Assembly: GCA_051647685.1 (NCBI GenBank)
Contig: JBOFEG010000001.1
Span: 5,961-69,960, forward strand
Source: Chlamydiales bacterium
Lineage (GTDB): Bacteria > Chlamydiota > Chlamydiia > Chlamydiales > CALTSX01
Length of the DNA: 64,000 bases
Reading direction: 5' to 3'
Part shown: piece after piece, positions 1 through 9,304 of the stretch
Layout of the letters: every line of letters begins with the position of its first letter
Position numbering within the stretch: the stretch's first letter is position 1
The notes under the pieces: generated by a model
The model's input: only the letters and a program-made list of their open reading frames with translations
Database searches by the model: none
Told to the model about the DNA's origin: nothing
Program-made: the position numbers and the translations under genes

Positions 1-794
1 TCGCCAGCAACGGAAATTACTCTTAAATAATGCAAAGTTCCATGTATTGCGAGTTTACCAATTGCTATGACATCACACGCTTGAATAGTCCATACAAGAT
101 CTGTGGCCGTTATAATGGGATTAATATGATAGATAGCAAAAGAAACATTTGCAGCTGGATGCGGACCGGAAACCGTATGTTGGTAAACATTGTCAGTTTT
201 TGGAAAAAAGCTCTTCTCTCCATTATGTGTAAGATGCACAGCAGCAATGCGAGATAGTAGGTTTAAACCTAATTGAAACCACTCTTCATACCCTGTAATG
301 TGTAGAATTGGGCTTGGAACATAGGGCGCAGAAGCGGCTCCTATTACAAAGATGGCTTGTGGCAACCGTTTTGGGGATGCGAGAATATTATAGGGTCGTT
401 GGTATATTTTAGTAAAAACTCCACTCTCTAAAAATAAAGAAAGAATTTCTTCTACAGTACACTTCTCAATATTTATTCTTTTATGTTTATACTCTCTTTC
501 TTTTTTACTAACCTCAATTACTATATATAATGGCTTTCTCTTCTCCCCACGAATAATATCAGTTACAACTCCACCGGCAGGAGATACAAATTTTCTTTCG
601 CCAAATTCACGTTCTTCAGCTATAGGTTCCCCTAGTAGTACCTCATCTCCCTTTTTGATTAGTAAACGAATAGTTGGAGTAAAAGAGGTGAGATCGAGTG
701 CGATATGAGAAGATATGCTCGCTTCTTGTATTTCCAAGTTTTCCGGGTTCCCTCCAATTGGAATGCATAATCCTTTTTTACTGTGTAAATTCAT
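1..794 (-). CDS. nqrA: Na+-translocating NADH:quinone oxidoreductase subunit A, N-terminal ~264 codons (gene continues past the left edge)
   Basis: Not in the ORF track because there is no stop inside the window. Hand translation of the reverse complement: ATG at 794-792, then MNLHSKKGLCIPIGGNPENLEIQEASISSHIALDLTSFTPTIRLLIKKGDEVLLGEPIAEE...HTVSGPHPAANVSFAIYHINPI...GKLAIHGTLHYLRVISVAGD, open to base 1. The KKGLxIPIxG start, KKGDxVxxGEPI and SGPHPA motifs match NqrA as I remember it. nqrA next to greA is the Chlamydia arrangement. Confidence 0.8.
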   Translation of the reverse strand, partial: MNLHSKKGLCIPIGGNPENLEIQEASISSHIALDLTSFTPTIRLLIKKGDEVLLGEPIAEEREFGERKFVSPAGGVVTDIIRGEKRKPLYIVIEVSKKEREYKHKRINIEKCTVEEILSLFLESGVFTKIYQRPYNILASPKRLPQAIFVIGAASAPYVPSPILHITGYEEWFQLGLNLLSRIAAVHLTHNGEKSFFPKTDNVYQHTVSGPHPAANVSFAIYHINPIITATDLVWTIQACDVIAIGKLAIHGTLHYLRVISVAG

Positions 795-985
795 ATAGTT
801 CCTTACCTTCTCAAAACCAGTAAATAAAATAATTTGCTCGTATATCATAAAATGATCATAAAACCAATCTGTTTATGTCATTGAAGATAATTGCAAGACA
901 ACCTATACTTCTTAAAAAGTTTATAATACTTTTAAAGTAAATATGTCTTTTTATTTTCAAATTAAAAACATTTTTAAGGTATCGC

Positions 986-3157
986 ATGGGTTATTATACA
1001 CAAATCGCACAACGCATCTCCGAAAATAATTATCCTTCATTCATTTCACTATGGGAGGAATACTGCGTAAGTGATTCCGTGGATCTGCAAGAACTCAGAC
1101 AAATACTAGAAAAAATTAAACATTCCGAATGGAAAGAAAATTTTGGAAAACATGTTGATCAAATTCTTCCTCTCGTTACTCCTGTGCAAGAAGAAGAAGA
1201 AGCGTACCCATGTATTCGTTTAATCATAGATCTACAGACATCCAACACTCTCGATCTCGCTGAACTGGCTACATCGGTTCTTACTAAACGATATGGAGAA
1301 CAGAAAAATTTTCGTGAGAAATTGAGATTATGTGGCTTACGCGATAAAAAGGACTTTCAAGGAGCAATCAGTAAATTTGAGCTACTAAACCATATGAAAA
1401 TTGGCAATTTTGTCTTTCATACCGCTGGATGGGGAACGGGAGAATTTGTCGATATTTCCTTTCTATGTGAACAAGTAAAACTTGATTTTGATTATTTAGC
1501 AGGTAAAAAAGATCTATCCTTTGAGAACGCCTTTCGCACACTTATTCCATTAGATAAAGACCATTTTTTAGCACAGCGCTTTGGATCCCCCGATGAATTA
1601 GAAAAACAGGCAAAAGAAAATCCCATTACAGTCATACATATGTTACTCAAAGATCTAGGCCCCAAAACCGCAGCAGATATCAAAGAGGAATTATATGAAC
1701 TTGTTATTCCTGGAAAAGATTGGCAAAAATGGTGGCAAAATGTTCGAGTGAAACTTAAAAAGGATACTTTCATTTTAGTTCCAGATGACATAAAAGAACC
1801 ACTTAGGTTGCGGCAATCAGAAATATCCCATGAAGATATTCTTTTTTCCACCCTATCTGATACTCAAAGCATAGATGGGTTGATCTTAACACTATATAAT
1901 TTTATGAGAGATTTTAGTCCTCTGCTTAAAAATCAAGACTTTACAAATACCTTAATAAAAAAATTGCAAGAATTTATAAATACGGAAGCTCTTACGACAA
2001 AACAATCGATACAGATTCAATTTATTTTAGAAGATCTGCACGCACCACAGACAATTACTTCTAGCCAAATTATTGCTCATTTATCAGTACAAGATATCTA
2101 TAAACTTGTGGGTAGTATTGAAATACTTGCTTTTAAAAAGCGTACTCTTATTACAATCAGACAAACACGAACTGATTGGAGCGAGATTTTTGCCAATTTG
2201 TTATTTCAAATTGAACATAGCCCTATACGGGATTATATCTTAGAAGAATGTCTTGCATCTAACGAAAAACAGAAAATTATTACGCAATTAGAATATCTCT
2301 TATCGCGACCTATAACGTCTCCAACTACATTGCTTTGGTATTTTCAAAAAATTATGAAAACCTCCTCTCTTCCCTTATCAGATTTCGCCGGTAGATGTAG
2401 ATTCCTAGAAGCTTTTTTCACTGTTCTGCCTATTTTAGAAGAGAAAAATAACAAAGAGCTAATTAAAAAAATGCATACCTTTATTACGAATGCTAAATAC
2501 AGCAACATTCGTAAGTTATTTCAAAATACTGATAGAACATTTTTACAAGAAATCTTACTGCTTACTACAAAAAGTTCTTCTCTCTCCGATCACGAAATTA
2601 AGATCCTTCATGCTTTAGCTGAGGTAGTACATCCCTCTCTTAAAAAATTGCGTAAAAAATCAGATGTCATTTCGAAAACAGAAGATATTATTTGGAGTAC
2701 AGAAATTGGATTTTCTAAATTAAAAGCTCGTATTGAGCACATTGCTAATGTAGAGATACTGGACAACGCAAAAGAAATTGAAGAGGCTCGAGCACACGGG
2801 GATCTGCGAGAAAACGCGGAATATAAAGCTGCTTTAGAAAGACGATCAAGACTCCAACAAGAATTACAACTGTTGTCAGCACAAATTCAAAAGACCCGAG
2901 TTTTAACAACTAAAGATATCCAAACACAAATGGTTGGAATCGGTTGTATTGTAGAATGCAAAGATACTGCTGGGAAACTCAATCAATTTACTCTACTGGG
3001 ACCTTGGGATGCGGATCCAGAAAATCATATTTTCTCCTTCCAATCTAAATTTGCTCAAGATATTACAGGTCTTAGAATTGGCGATCGCTTTACATCCAGA
3101 AATACAGAATATGTAATATCCTCCATCAAAAATTACTTACAAGAAAATAATAAATAA
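986..3157 (+). CDS. greA: Transcription elongation factor GreA, long chlamydial form
   Basis: 723-aa ORF. The C-terminal ~150 aa carry the GreA signature (EEARAHGDLRENAEYKAALERRSRLQQEL coiled-coil finger, then a GreA C-terminal-like domain). The ~560-aa N-terminal extension matches the unusually long GreA known from Chlamydia. Confidence 0.85.
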   Translation: MGYYTQIAQRISENNYPSFISLWEEYCVSDSVDLQELRQILEKIKHSEWKENFGKHVDQILPLVTPVQEEEEAYPCIRLIIDLQTSNTLDLAELATSVLTKRYGEQKNFREKLRLCGLRDKKDFQGAISKFELLNHMKIGNFVFHTAGWGTGEFVDISFLCEQVKLDFDYLAGKKDLSFENAFRTLIPLDKDHFLAQRFGSPDELEKQAKENPITVIHMLLKDLGPKTAADIKEELYELVIPGKDWQKWWQNVRVKLKKDTFILVPDDIKEPLRLRQSEISHEDILFSTLSDTQSIDGLILTLYNFMRDFSPLLKNQDFTNTLIKKLQEFINTEALTTKQSIQIQFILEDLHAPQTITSSQIIAHLSVQDIYKLVGSIEILAFKKRTLITIRQTRTDWSEIFANLLFQIEHSPIRDYILEECLASNEKQKIITQLEYLLSRPITSPTTLLWYFQKIMKTSSLPLSDFAGRCRFLEAFFTVLPILEEKNNKELIKKMHTFITNAKYSNIRKLFQNTDRTFLQEILLLTTKSSSLSDHEIKILHALAEVVHPSLKKLRKKSDVISKTEDIIWSTEIGFSKLKARIEHIANVEILDNAKEIEEARAHGDLRENAEYKAALERRSRLQQELQLLSAQIQKTRVLTTKDIQTQMVGIGCIVECKDTAGKLNQFTLLGPWDADPENHIFSFQSKFAQDITGLRIGDRFTSRNTEYVISSIKNYLQENNK

Positions 3158-3172
3158 ATATAAATTATTCTT

Positions 3173-3775
3173 ATGAAGATTTTGATTGCATCTACAAATT
3201 CTCATAAGATTCGAGAATATTCAAGTCTACTACAAATTATACCTAATGTGAATATTCTAAATTTAAATCATTTTCCTACTTATATTCCCCCGGATGAAAC
3301 TGGCACAAGTTTTGAAGCTAACGCTATTATAAAGGCGTCTCATGCAGCTGATTCATTAAAAATGCTGACCCTTGGAGATGATGGTGGACTTGTTATTCCT
3401 GCTCTAGAAGGTGAGCCAGGTTTATATAGCAGGCGTTATGCAGGACCTCACGCCACAGATTCTGAAAATATCCAAAAAATTTTAGAGAAGATTTCTTTAT
3501 TGCCCGATACACATCGATCGGCTCATTTTGTTTGTGCATTGGCTTTAGCCTCTCCTGAAGAACTAAAAAAATGTGTAGTAGCCACATGTGAAGGTGAGGT
3601 TTTAGATCGAGCAAAAGGTAATTATGGATTTGCTTATGATAAAATTTTTCTCAAATATGGCTACCATAAAACTTTTGGAGAATTAGAAGAGTCTATAAAG
3701 AATAAGATTTCACATCGCAATAAAGCTTTCATGATGTTACTGCCTACATTGCAGACTAGTTTACAACAACAATAA
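3173..3775 (+). CDS. rdgB: Non-canonical purine NTP (dITP/XTP) pyrophosphatase, RdgB/Ham1 family
   Basis: 200 aa. MKILIASTNSHKIREY start, FEANAIIKA, and KNKISHRNKAF near the C-terminus are Ham1/RdgB family hallmarks. Starts 15 nt after the greA stop. Confidence 0.85.
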   Translation: MKILIASTNSHKIREYSSLLQIIPNVNILNLNHFPTYIPPDETGTSFEANAIIKASHAADSLKMLTLGDDGGLVIPALEGEPGLYSRRYAGPHATDSENIQKILEKISLLPDTHRSAHFVCALALASPEELKKCVVATCEGEVLDRAKGNYGFAYDKIFLKYGYHKTFGELEESIKNKISHRNKAFMMLLPTLQTSLQQQ

Positions 3776-3923
3776 CCGATAAATTTTTATTCCTACTGAA
3801 TATCTTCTTATACGCAAATACTTCATCTCAAGAGATTCATAATCTCCTATACTTAATTTTTTCATGCTTGTCAGAAATACCTCTAATTCGTAAATTTCAA
3901 TTAATTACTTGATATAGGTCTTT

Positions 3924-4361
3924 ATGAAGTTTCTCTCTTTAAATTTTTGTATATTAGTATTGTGCTATGGGACAATTTCGTATGCAAATTCAATGTATTT
4001 ATACAATGATAGTCCTTATGTTTTGAATGCTTCTATCTTAAGTGCAGATGGAGCACAATTAGACAGTGTTCTTATGCAACCTAGGCAAAGAAGAACTTGG
4101 TATAGGCAAGCTGTGATTAATTCAAATACTTCTATGACGCCATTTACAGTCGTTTGGACTTGTCGGAATGGAGCTGACTTTGGAGTAAGCTATCAGGTTA
4201 ACGCAGGCGGCGTTGCAACCCCTTTATCCTCTACTGGACCCCGATATTGCAAACCAGAGAAAAAAAATTCTTCTGATGATCGAAGTCGACGGTACGATGA
4301 AGAATACCAACACATTATTCCATTAGATCCTCAGATACAGGATGTTAATCCACATCCATAA
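3924..4361 (+). CDS. Hypothetical secreted protein
   Basis: 145-aa ORF with a signal-peptide-like N-terminus (MKFLSLNFCILVLCYGTISYANS). I recognise no domain. Confidence 0.4.
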   Translation: MKFLSLNFCILVLCYGTISYANSMYLYNDSPYVLNASILSADGAQLDSVLMQPRQRRTWYRQAVINSNTSMTPFTVVWTCRNGADFGVSYQVNAGGVATPLSSTGPRYCKPEKKNSSDDRSRRYDEEYQHIIPLDPQIQDVNPHP

Positions 4362-4532
4362 ACTATACTATGTTGTATAAAAATACATTTATTTACATAT
4401 GTTATGCGTTAGTCTTAACTACATACCCATTTGAATTAATTGGATCCGATAAAGATCCCGAAACTGGTGAAAAGATTAAAACTAACGAAGACTCAGAAAC
4501 TACTAAACAAAAATATTCTTTAAAAGATCATA

Positions 4533-5816
4533 TTATTGGTAAATAGTGTCTATATCAGACGGAACTCCCTGGCAATAATCAACTTTTCTTACAAAATGGC
4601 CATGCCCATCGTAGATCATAGCAATACCACTGCCCTTTTGAATAGTAGAAACTGCGTCCTTCTTACCGAGTTTATAATATGTCCCTTTAAGTAAAATATC
4701 ATTTTCATATTCTTCCACTAACATAATACTACCATCAATATACCAGGCAAAATGCATTCCCTCTTTTTTATTGTGCGAGAATTCTCGTTCACTTTCTAAT
4801 ATGCCATTTGTATACCAAGTCTTAACAATTCCATGAACTTCTCCAGAAAGCCATCCAAGTTGTAATTGTAAAGAATCTGTATTTGGATAATAAACTATTT
4901 CGATTCCTTCTTTTTCCCCTGCTTCATTGAGGTGATATATATTGGTGACATTTCCCATGGTATCAAAACATCTTACAGATCCTAAACTTTTACCGTTTGA
5001 TATTTCACATTGTTTATTGAGCTTTCCCTCTATAAAAACAGATTTGATTCCCCTGCCGCCTTCTACTTTAGATAATATATCTCCGTTATAATCGTAATAG
5101 ATAGCATCTAATAACAAACCTTGTTCATACTTTTCTTGAAACGCAGGATTATTCCTGCATTGCTTTGAAATAGATTCTCCATGGAGTAAACCACAATCAT
5201 AGGAGCTCTCCATTTGAAGATTACCCTCCTCATCATATATAAAAACCACTCCGTGAACCACTCCATTTTGATAAGGTACAGACCTTTTGATCTGTCCATT
5301 TATATGATATAGATAAGAAGAGTCCACAAGTACTCCTCGCATATACGAAATTCTAGCTATAATATTGCCATCTGAATCCCAAGCCCTACTCAGGCCATCA
5401 ATTATAAAAGTTTTTAAAGCAGTTTGACTTAAGTCACCTACTCCTTCAATGACATTAAAGTGTACTTTTTCCTGCCCATTTTCATACCACTCTCGATATA
5501 TTCCATGAGCTCTTCCGTTTAGTACTTCTAAATACTGTTTTATCTGGCCATTGCCATGATAACTTGTCAATTTAGAAATGACTTGTCCTTCTCTATTTGG
5601 ATTAAACACACGAACAACTTTTTCATAAGGCTGAGCGAGCAAAAAATCGTTTCTTTGATAAGATTTCAACCTCTCTTTTGTACTGACAGTTTCTCGAACG
5701 CCATGACGATCTATTAGTTGAATACTGGTAAGCTCTTCTTGATTTAATTGTGTATTTCTCGAACAAGATCCACAAAGCAAAAGTCCTATATATATAATAC
5801 TGTAGCGCCATTTCAT
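4533..5816 (-). CDS. MORN-variant (YwqK-type) repeat lipoprotein
   Basis: 427 aa. N-terminal signal with a lipobox-like LLLCGSC. The body is built of ~23-aa G-x3-G-x(4-6)-[WYF]-[YF]-x-[NDE]-G units (HGIYREWYENGQEK, HGVVFIYDEEGNLQ, VHGIVKTWYTNGILES, EGMHFAWYIDGSIM). Its start overlaps the stop of the upstream gene by 1 nt. Confidence 0.7.
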   Translation of the reverse strand: MKWRYSIIYIGLLLCGSCSRNTQLNQEELTSIQLIDRHGVRETVSTKERLKSYQRNDFLLAQPYEKVVRVFNPNREGQVISKLTSYHGNGQIKQYLEVLNGRAHGIYREWYENGQEKVHFNVIEGVGDLSQTALKTFIIDGLSRAWDSDGNIIARISYMRGVLVDSSYLYHINGQIKRSVPYQNGVVHGVVFIYDEEGNLQMESSYDCGLLHGESISKQCRNNPAFQEKYEQGLLLDAIYYDYNGDILSKVEGGRGIKSVFIEGKLNKQCEISNGKSLGSVRCFDTMGNVTNIYHLNEAGEKEGIEIVYYPNTDSLQLQLGWLSGEVHGIVKTWYTNGILESEREFSHNKKEGMHFAWYIDGSIMLVEEYENDILLKGTYYKLGKKDAVSTIQKGSGIAMIYDGHGHFVRKVDYCQGVPSDIDTIYQ

Positions 5817-6490
5817 TATTTTATGTCTCTCTCTATGAGATTCAACTTAATCATAAATGTACCTCGGTCGGAATCTTTTGATTTATACATATCTAAATAG
5901 CTAATTAGTATTTGTGGTCTACCAAGTAACATTGTTGGATTATGCTTATCTGAAATTCCTTCTAAAGGAAACAGAATCGTTTGTAAATCATGCATGTTAA
6001 TTTCTACAGGAGCTACTTGCTCTATTACGATTTCATCCACAAATAAATTTTTAGTGCGCGTTATTTCATGAAATTGAAGACGGTTTTCAGATTGTAAAAA
6101 ATGTAATCTATTTTGTAGAGCTGTACTATGTTCTGGAGGATAAAAGGGGATAATCAGTTGCAGGTATTCAATTTCATCTTTCAAAGGGGTAATCATTTTT
6201 GTTATTGTATGTAAATAAGCAGAATTTGATTGAAGATATAAACTTTTATAATTTTGTCGTCTATTTTCGCAATCTTGTAGAGTTTCATATCGCTTGCGCA
6301 ATCTCAATAGCTGACTTTCTAAAAAACATAAATGGTTATTGCAGTTGTAATAATAGGTAAGCGAGGCCGCAAAAGGTACAAAAGTTATACAACAAATACC
6401 TACAAAACATCCCATGGATAAAATATTTTTTTCAAAAAAAATATCCCGTATTTTTCTATATAAGGTAGAAAGTGAGACAATAGATATCAT
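5816..6490 (-). CDS. Hypothetical bitopic membrane protein with GspM/PilO-like topology
   Basis: 224 aa. One N-terminal TM segment (GCFVGICCITFVPFAASLTYYY), then a coiled coil (LESQLLRLRKRYETLQD), then a ~130-aa C-terminal domain. Overlaps the upstream gene by 35 nt and the downstream gene by 1 nt, so it looks operonic. The family call rests on architecture only. Confidence 0.5.
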   Translation of the reverse strand: MISIVSLSTLYRKIRDIFFEKNILSMGCFVGICCITFVPFAASLTYYYNCNNHLCFLESQLLRLRKRYETLQDCENRRQNYKSLYLQSNSAYLHTITKMITPLKDEIEYLQLIIPFYPPEHSTALQNRLHFLQSENRLQFHEITRTKNLFVDEIVIEQVAPVEINMHDLQTILFPLEGISDKHNPTMLLGRPQILISYLDMYKSKDSDRGTFMIKLNLIERDIK

Positions 6491-7832
6491 TGTGTTTATT
6501 CCAAGTTATATCTGATTTTTTCTGTAATAAAGAACTATTTATAATAGCTTGATAAAAAGCATTTGCCAATCGATCTGAACTAGCTTTAAACTCTAATTGA
6601 ATACGCGTTCGAAATTCACCTTTAGAAATAGAATTGGCGACATCCATTAACTGATAAGTTAAATGTATAATATCTATATTATCTTTAAACTCTTGCGCAG
6701 TAATTTTAGGATCTGTAGTCAAATAACTTATCAATTTACTGACCTTATAAGGCTCTTTATCCCATATAAACTTCTTCTTAGAATTATTTAGTTCTGTTTC
6801 CAATTCTTCTATATGAACTAGAAGAGATTTTGAAGTATCGCTCCTAAAAAATTCTTTTTTAAAGCTACTCTGAATCTCTCTTTTTCGATATCTATAATTG
6901 CTATATGTCCATACAAAAACAATACACGATAATACAATAGATAAAGCAGATAGCTTATATAATCGCTGTTTTAGTAGCTTGATACTTCTAGGTGAAAAGA
7001 AATTCTTTTTGCAAAATTGTAAAGATCTAGCGTCTCTCTTACATACATCTAATCCAATTCCAAATGGGATTGCATATTTAGCAGACACAGCGGTAATTTT
7101 CTCTGTGATGAAAGATACTTTGAAATTCTCTTCCAGCAATTTTCTGTATTTCTTCGCTACCCCAATATTTCCTGTGAATATTATATCTTGTAATTTTTTT
7201 TCCTTCAGCAGAAAGAATTCAAAAATTCGATCAAATTCTTTTATAATTTTTTCATTATCTACATGAGATTGTTGAATTGATATAGTAGCAATATGTCCGA
7301 TTTCTCCATCTAATTGTGATATGAAGAAAACTTCATCTCTTCCAAAATTGATAGCTAAAAAAGATTTTTGTTCTGGGTAAAAATAATTTACATATTTAAG
7401 CACTGTCAGTGGTGCAAAGGTAACTACCTCTGGAGTAGTGGAAAAAATTTCCCATCCTAAAAGGAATTCTTTTAATTTATATTTTAATATAGAAAAAATG
7501 AGAGCTTCTTTATTCTTAGTATATATGAAGTTAAATAATAATTTATCTAAACAATGAGGGAATAATGTTTGTAATTGGATAGTAATTGCTTTTTCTCGAT
7601 TAGTTATATTATCGATCGGCATACGAACTCGTGTCCACCATACTTCCCCCGCTGGTAAAGCAGATCCGATTATTGCATTGCCATATTTGGAAAAAATATT
7701 TTGCATCTCCGACGTCATAATTTCTTTTTTTGTAAATGAAAGCATAATCGGAATTTGAATTTTTTTTCCTTTAGAGCAAAAAATAAGAAGAGTGTAAAAT
7801 TCACCTTCTGGATAAATGGCAATACATTTCAT
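6456..7832 (-). CDS. Hypothetical membrane protein with GspL-like (PilM-PilN fusion) architecture
   Basis: 458 aa. The N-terminal ~290 aa have an actin-like/PilM-like pattern (MKCIAIYPEGEFYTLLIF...; SFLAINFGRDEVFFISQLDGEIGHIATISI resembles the second DxG-type strand-turn of PilM/GspL). A single TM follows (LSALSIVLSCIVFVWTY), then a ~140-aa C-terminal domain. Architecture-based call. Confidence 0.5.
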   Translation of the reverse strand: MKCIAIYPEGEFYTLLIFCSKGKKIQIPIMLSFTKKEIMTSEMQNIFSKYGNAIIGSALPAGEVWWTRVRMPIDNITNREKAITIQLQTLFPHCLDKLLFNFIYTKNKEALIFSILKYKLKEFLLGWEIFSTTPEVVTFAPLTVLKYVNYFYPEQKSFLAINFGRDEVFFISQLDGEIGHIATISIQQSHVDNEKIIKEFDRIFEFFLLKEKKLQDIIFTGNIGVAKKYRKLLEENFKVSFITEKITAVSAKYAIPFGIGLDVCKRDARSLQFCKKNFFSPRSIKLLKQRLYKLSALSIVLSCIVFVWTYSNYRYRKREIQSSFKKEFFRSDTSKSLLVHIEELETELNNSKKKFIWDKEPYKVSKLISYLTTDPKITAQEFKDNIDIIHLTYQLMDVANSISKGEFRTRIQLEFKASSDRLANAFYQAIINSSLLQKKSDITWNKHNDIYCLTFYLI

Positions 7833-7884
7833 AAAATTAGATTTATATTTCCCATAATTTATAAAAAGATACGGAGAACTCCAT

Positions 7885-8130
7885 ATGAGATACGCAATTC
7901 AAATTATTTTTTCCATATACTCTTTCATACTCCTACTGAGGATAATATCTTCTTGGATTCCCTCTATGGAAACTATATATGGATTTCGATATTTAGTGTA
8001 TTATACAGATCCCTATTTAAATCTATTTAGAAAAATTATTCCATCGTTTCAAGGGATCGATTTTAGCCCTATTTTGGCTTTCTTTACGCTACGCGTAGTT
8101 GAAAAAATACTTTTACGTTTTATAGCATGA
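7885..8130 (+). CDS. yggT: YggT family membrane protein
   Basis: 81 aa. LLRIISSWIP...YTDPYLNLFRKIIPSFQGIDFSPILAFFTL fits the YggT/Ycf19 pattern (R..P....iDfSP). Its stop overlaps the dusB start by 4 nt. Confidence 0.7.
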   Translation: MRYAIQIIFSIYSFILLLRIISSWIPSMETIYGFRYLVYYTDPYLNLFRKIIPSFQGIDFSPILAFFTLRVVEKILLRFIA

Positions 8131-9173
8131 ATTATTCTGACCCACTGGAGATAGATGAACCATCTTCCCCCCCTGCAGATAGTATTAATTATCTTCACCC
8201 ACTGCAGCTCGGGTCACTATACATTCCATCGAATATTATTTATGCACCGCTAGCTGGATGTTCTAATTATCCCTTCAGAAAAGCATCCTCTCTCTATACA
8301 CGAGGACTGTTTTTTTGCGAAATGGTGAAAATGGAGGCTATCACGCGCTACGACGTGAATACATTTCATATGTTAGATTACAGCGCAGATATGCATCCAA
8401 TCGGTGCGCAACTCTGTGGCAGCAGATCGGATCTTGCACGCCATTCTGCGCGCATCTTAGAAGATCTTGGTTTTGATGTAATCGATCTCAATTGTGGATG
8501 TCCTGTTGACAAAGTGACAAAAGATGGCAGCGGATCCGGGTTACTTAAGAATTTAACATTAATAGGAGAAATCCTATCTGCTATGGTAGCTGCTGTAAAC
8601 ATTCCAGTTACCGTAAAAATACGCATAGGATGGGACTACAATTCTATTGTAGCGGCAGAAATTACACGTATAGCAGAACAGGCTGGTGCAAAAGCTATCT
8701 TCATTCATGGAAGAACGCGAGAACAAGGTTATAAAGGACCTGCAGATTGGAAATATATTAAGCAATCCAAAGAGGTTGCACACTCTATTAAAGTCATTGG
8801 TAACGGAGATGCATTCTGCGGCACAAGTAGTTACAATTTATTTAAAGAAACTAATTGTGACGGGATTCTACTTGCTAGGGGGACGTTAGGAGCTCCTTGG
8901 CTTATCAAAGAGATCGAGTCTTATATACAAGGCACAAACTATTCTATTACAGAACAAGAAATGAAGCAAACACTCCTACAACATTTAGAATACATAAGAG
9001 CTTATATGCCTCCGGAAAAAGCTTTGACAGAAGTCAGGAAAATTGGTGCTTGGTATTTAAGAAAAGACTCGAAAAAAAAAGAGCTCTATCGACAACTACA
9101 GCGATCGCAATCCATACCTGATTGTATACAAAAGATCAGTGAATATACTTATGACAGTATCATAAAAATCTAA
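8127..9173 (+). CDS. dusB: tRNA-dihydrouridine synthase
   Basis: 348 aa. LAPLAGCSNYPFR, GAQLCGS and DLNCGCPVDKVTKDGSGSGLL (catalytic Cys loop) are Dus family motifs. Confidence 0.85.
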   Translation: MNYSDPLEIDEPSSPPADSINYLHPLQLGSLYIPSNIIYAPLAGCSNYPFRKASSLYTRGLFFCEMVKMEAITRYDVNTFHMLDYSADMHPIGAQLCGSRSDLARHSARILEDLGFDVIDLNCGCPVDKVTKDGSGSGLLKNLTLIGEILSAMVAAVNIPVTVKIRIGWDYNSIVAAEITRIAEQAGAKAIFIHGRTREQGYKGPADWKYIKQSKEVAHSIKVIGNGDAFCGTSSYNLFKETNCDGILLARGTLGAPWLIKEIESYIQGTNYSITEQEMKQTLLQHLEYIRAYMPPEKALTEVRKIGAWYLRKDSKKKELYRQLQRSQSIPDCIQKISEYTYDSIIKI

Positions 9174-9243
9174 ATCAAAATAACATTCTTTTTAATTATC
9201 AATATAACGATAATTTTTTGTAACTTTAAAAATATTAAAAGAT

Positions 9244-9285
9244 TAAAAAAAGCAAAAAGGCAAAAATTTCTTTTTCCCTTTTTGC
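9244..9285 (-). terminator. Probable rho-independent terminator of the first porin gene
   Basis: gcaaaaagg (9252-9260) pairs perfectly with cctttttgc (9277-9285) across a 16-nt loop. On the minus strand the hairpin is followed by a U7 run (complement of 9245-9251). The stem is A/T-rich, so it is weak. Confidence 0.4.
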
Positions 9286-9304
9286 AAAATCAATAATTTC
9301 TTTC

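Noticed and set aside
30-257. 75-aa plus-strand ORF from the track
   Set aside because: It lies entirely antisense to the nqrA reading frame, which is continuous from 794 to 1 and carries recognisable NqrA motifs. It is a shadow ORF.
986-2650. Very long N-terminal extension of GreA as a novelty
   Set aside because: A ~700-aa GreA with a lineage-specific N-terminal region is an established feature of Chlamydia genomes. It is useful taxonomically but not new.
4370-4546. Unlisted 58-codon ORF (MLYKNTFIYICYALVLTTYPFELIGSDKDPETGEK...) between the 145-aa gene and the MORN lipoprotein gene
   Set aside because: It is short, its end overlaps the stop region of the convergent gene, and it shows no recognisable motif or clear RBS. 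I cannot support it as a gene.
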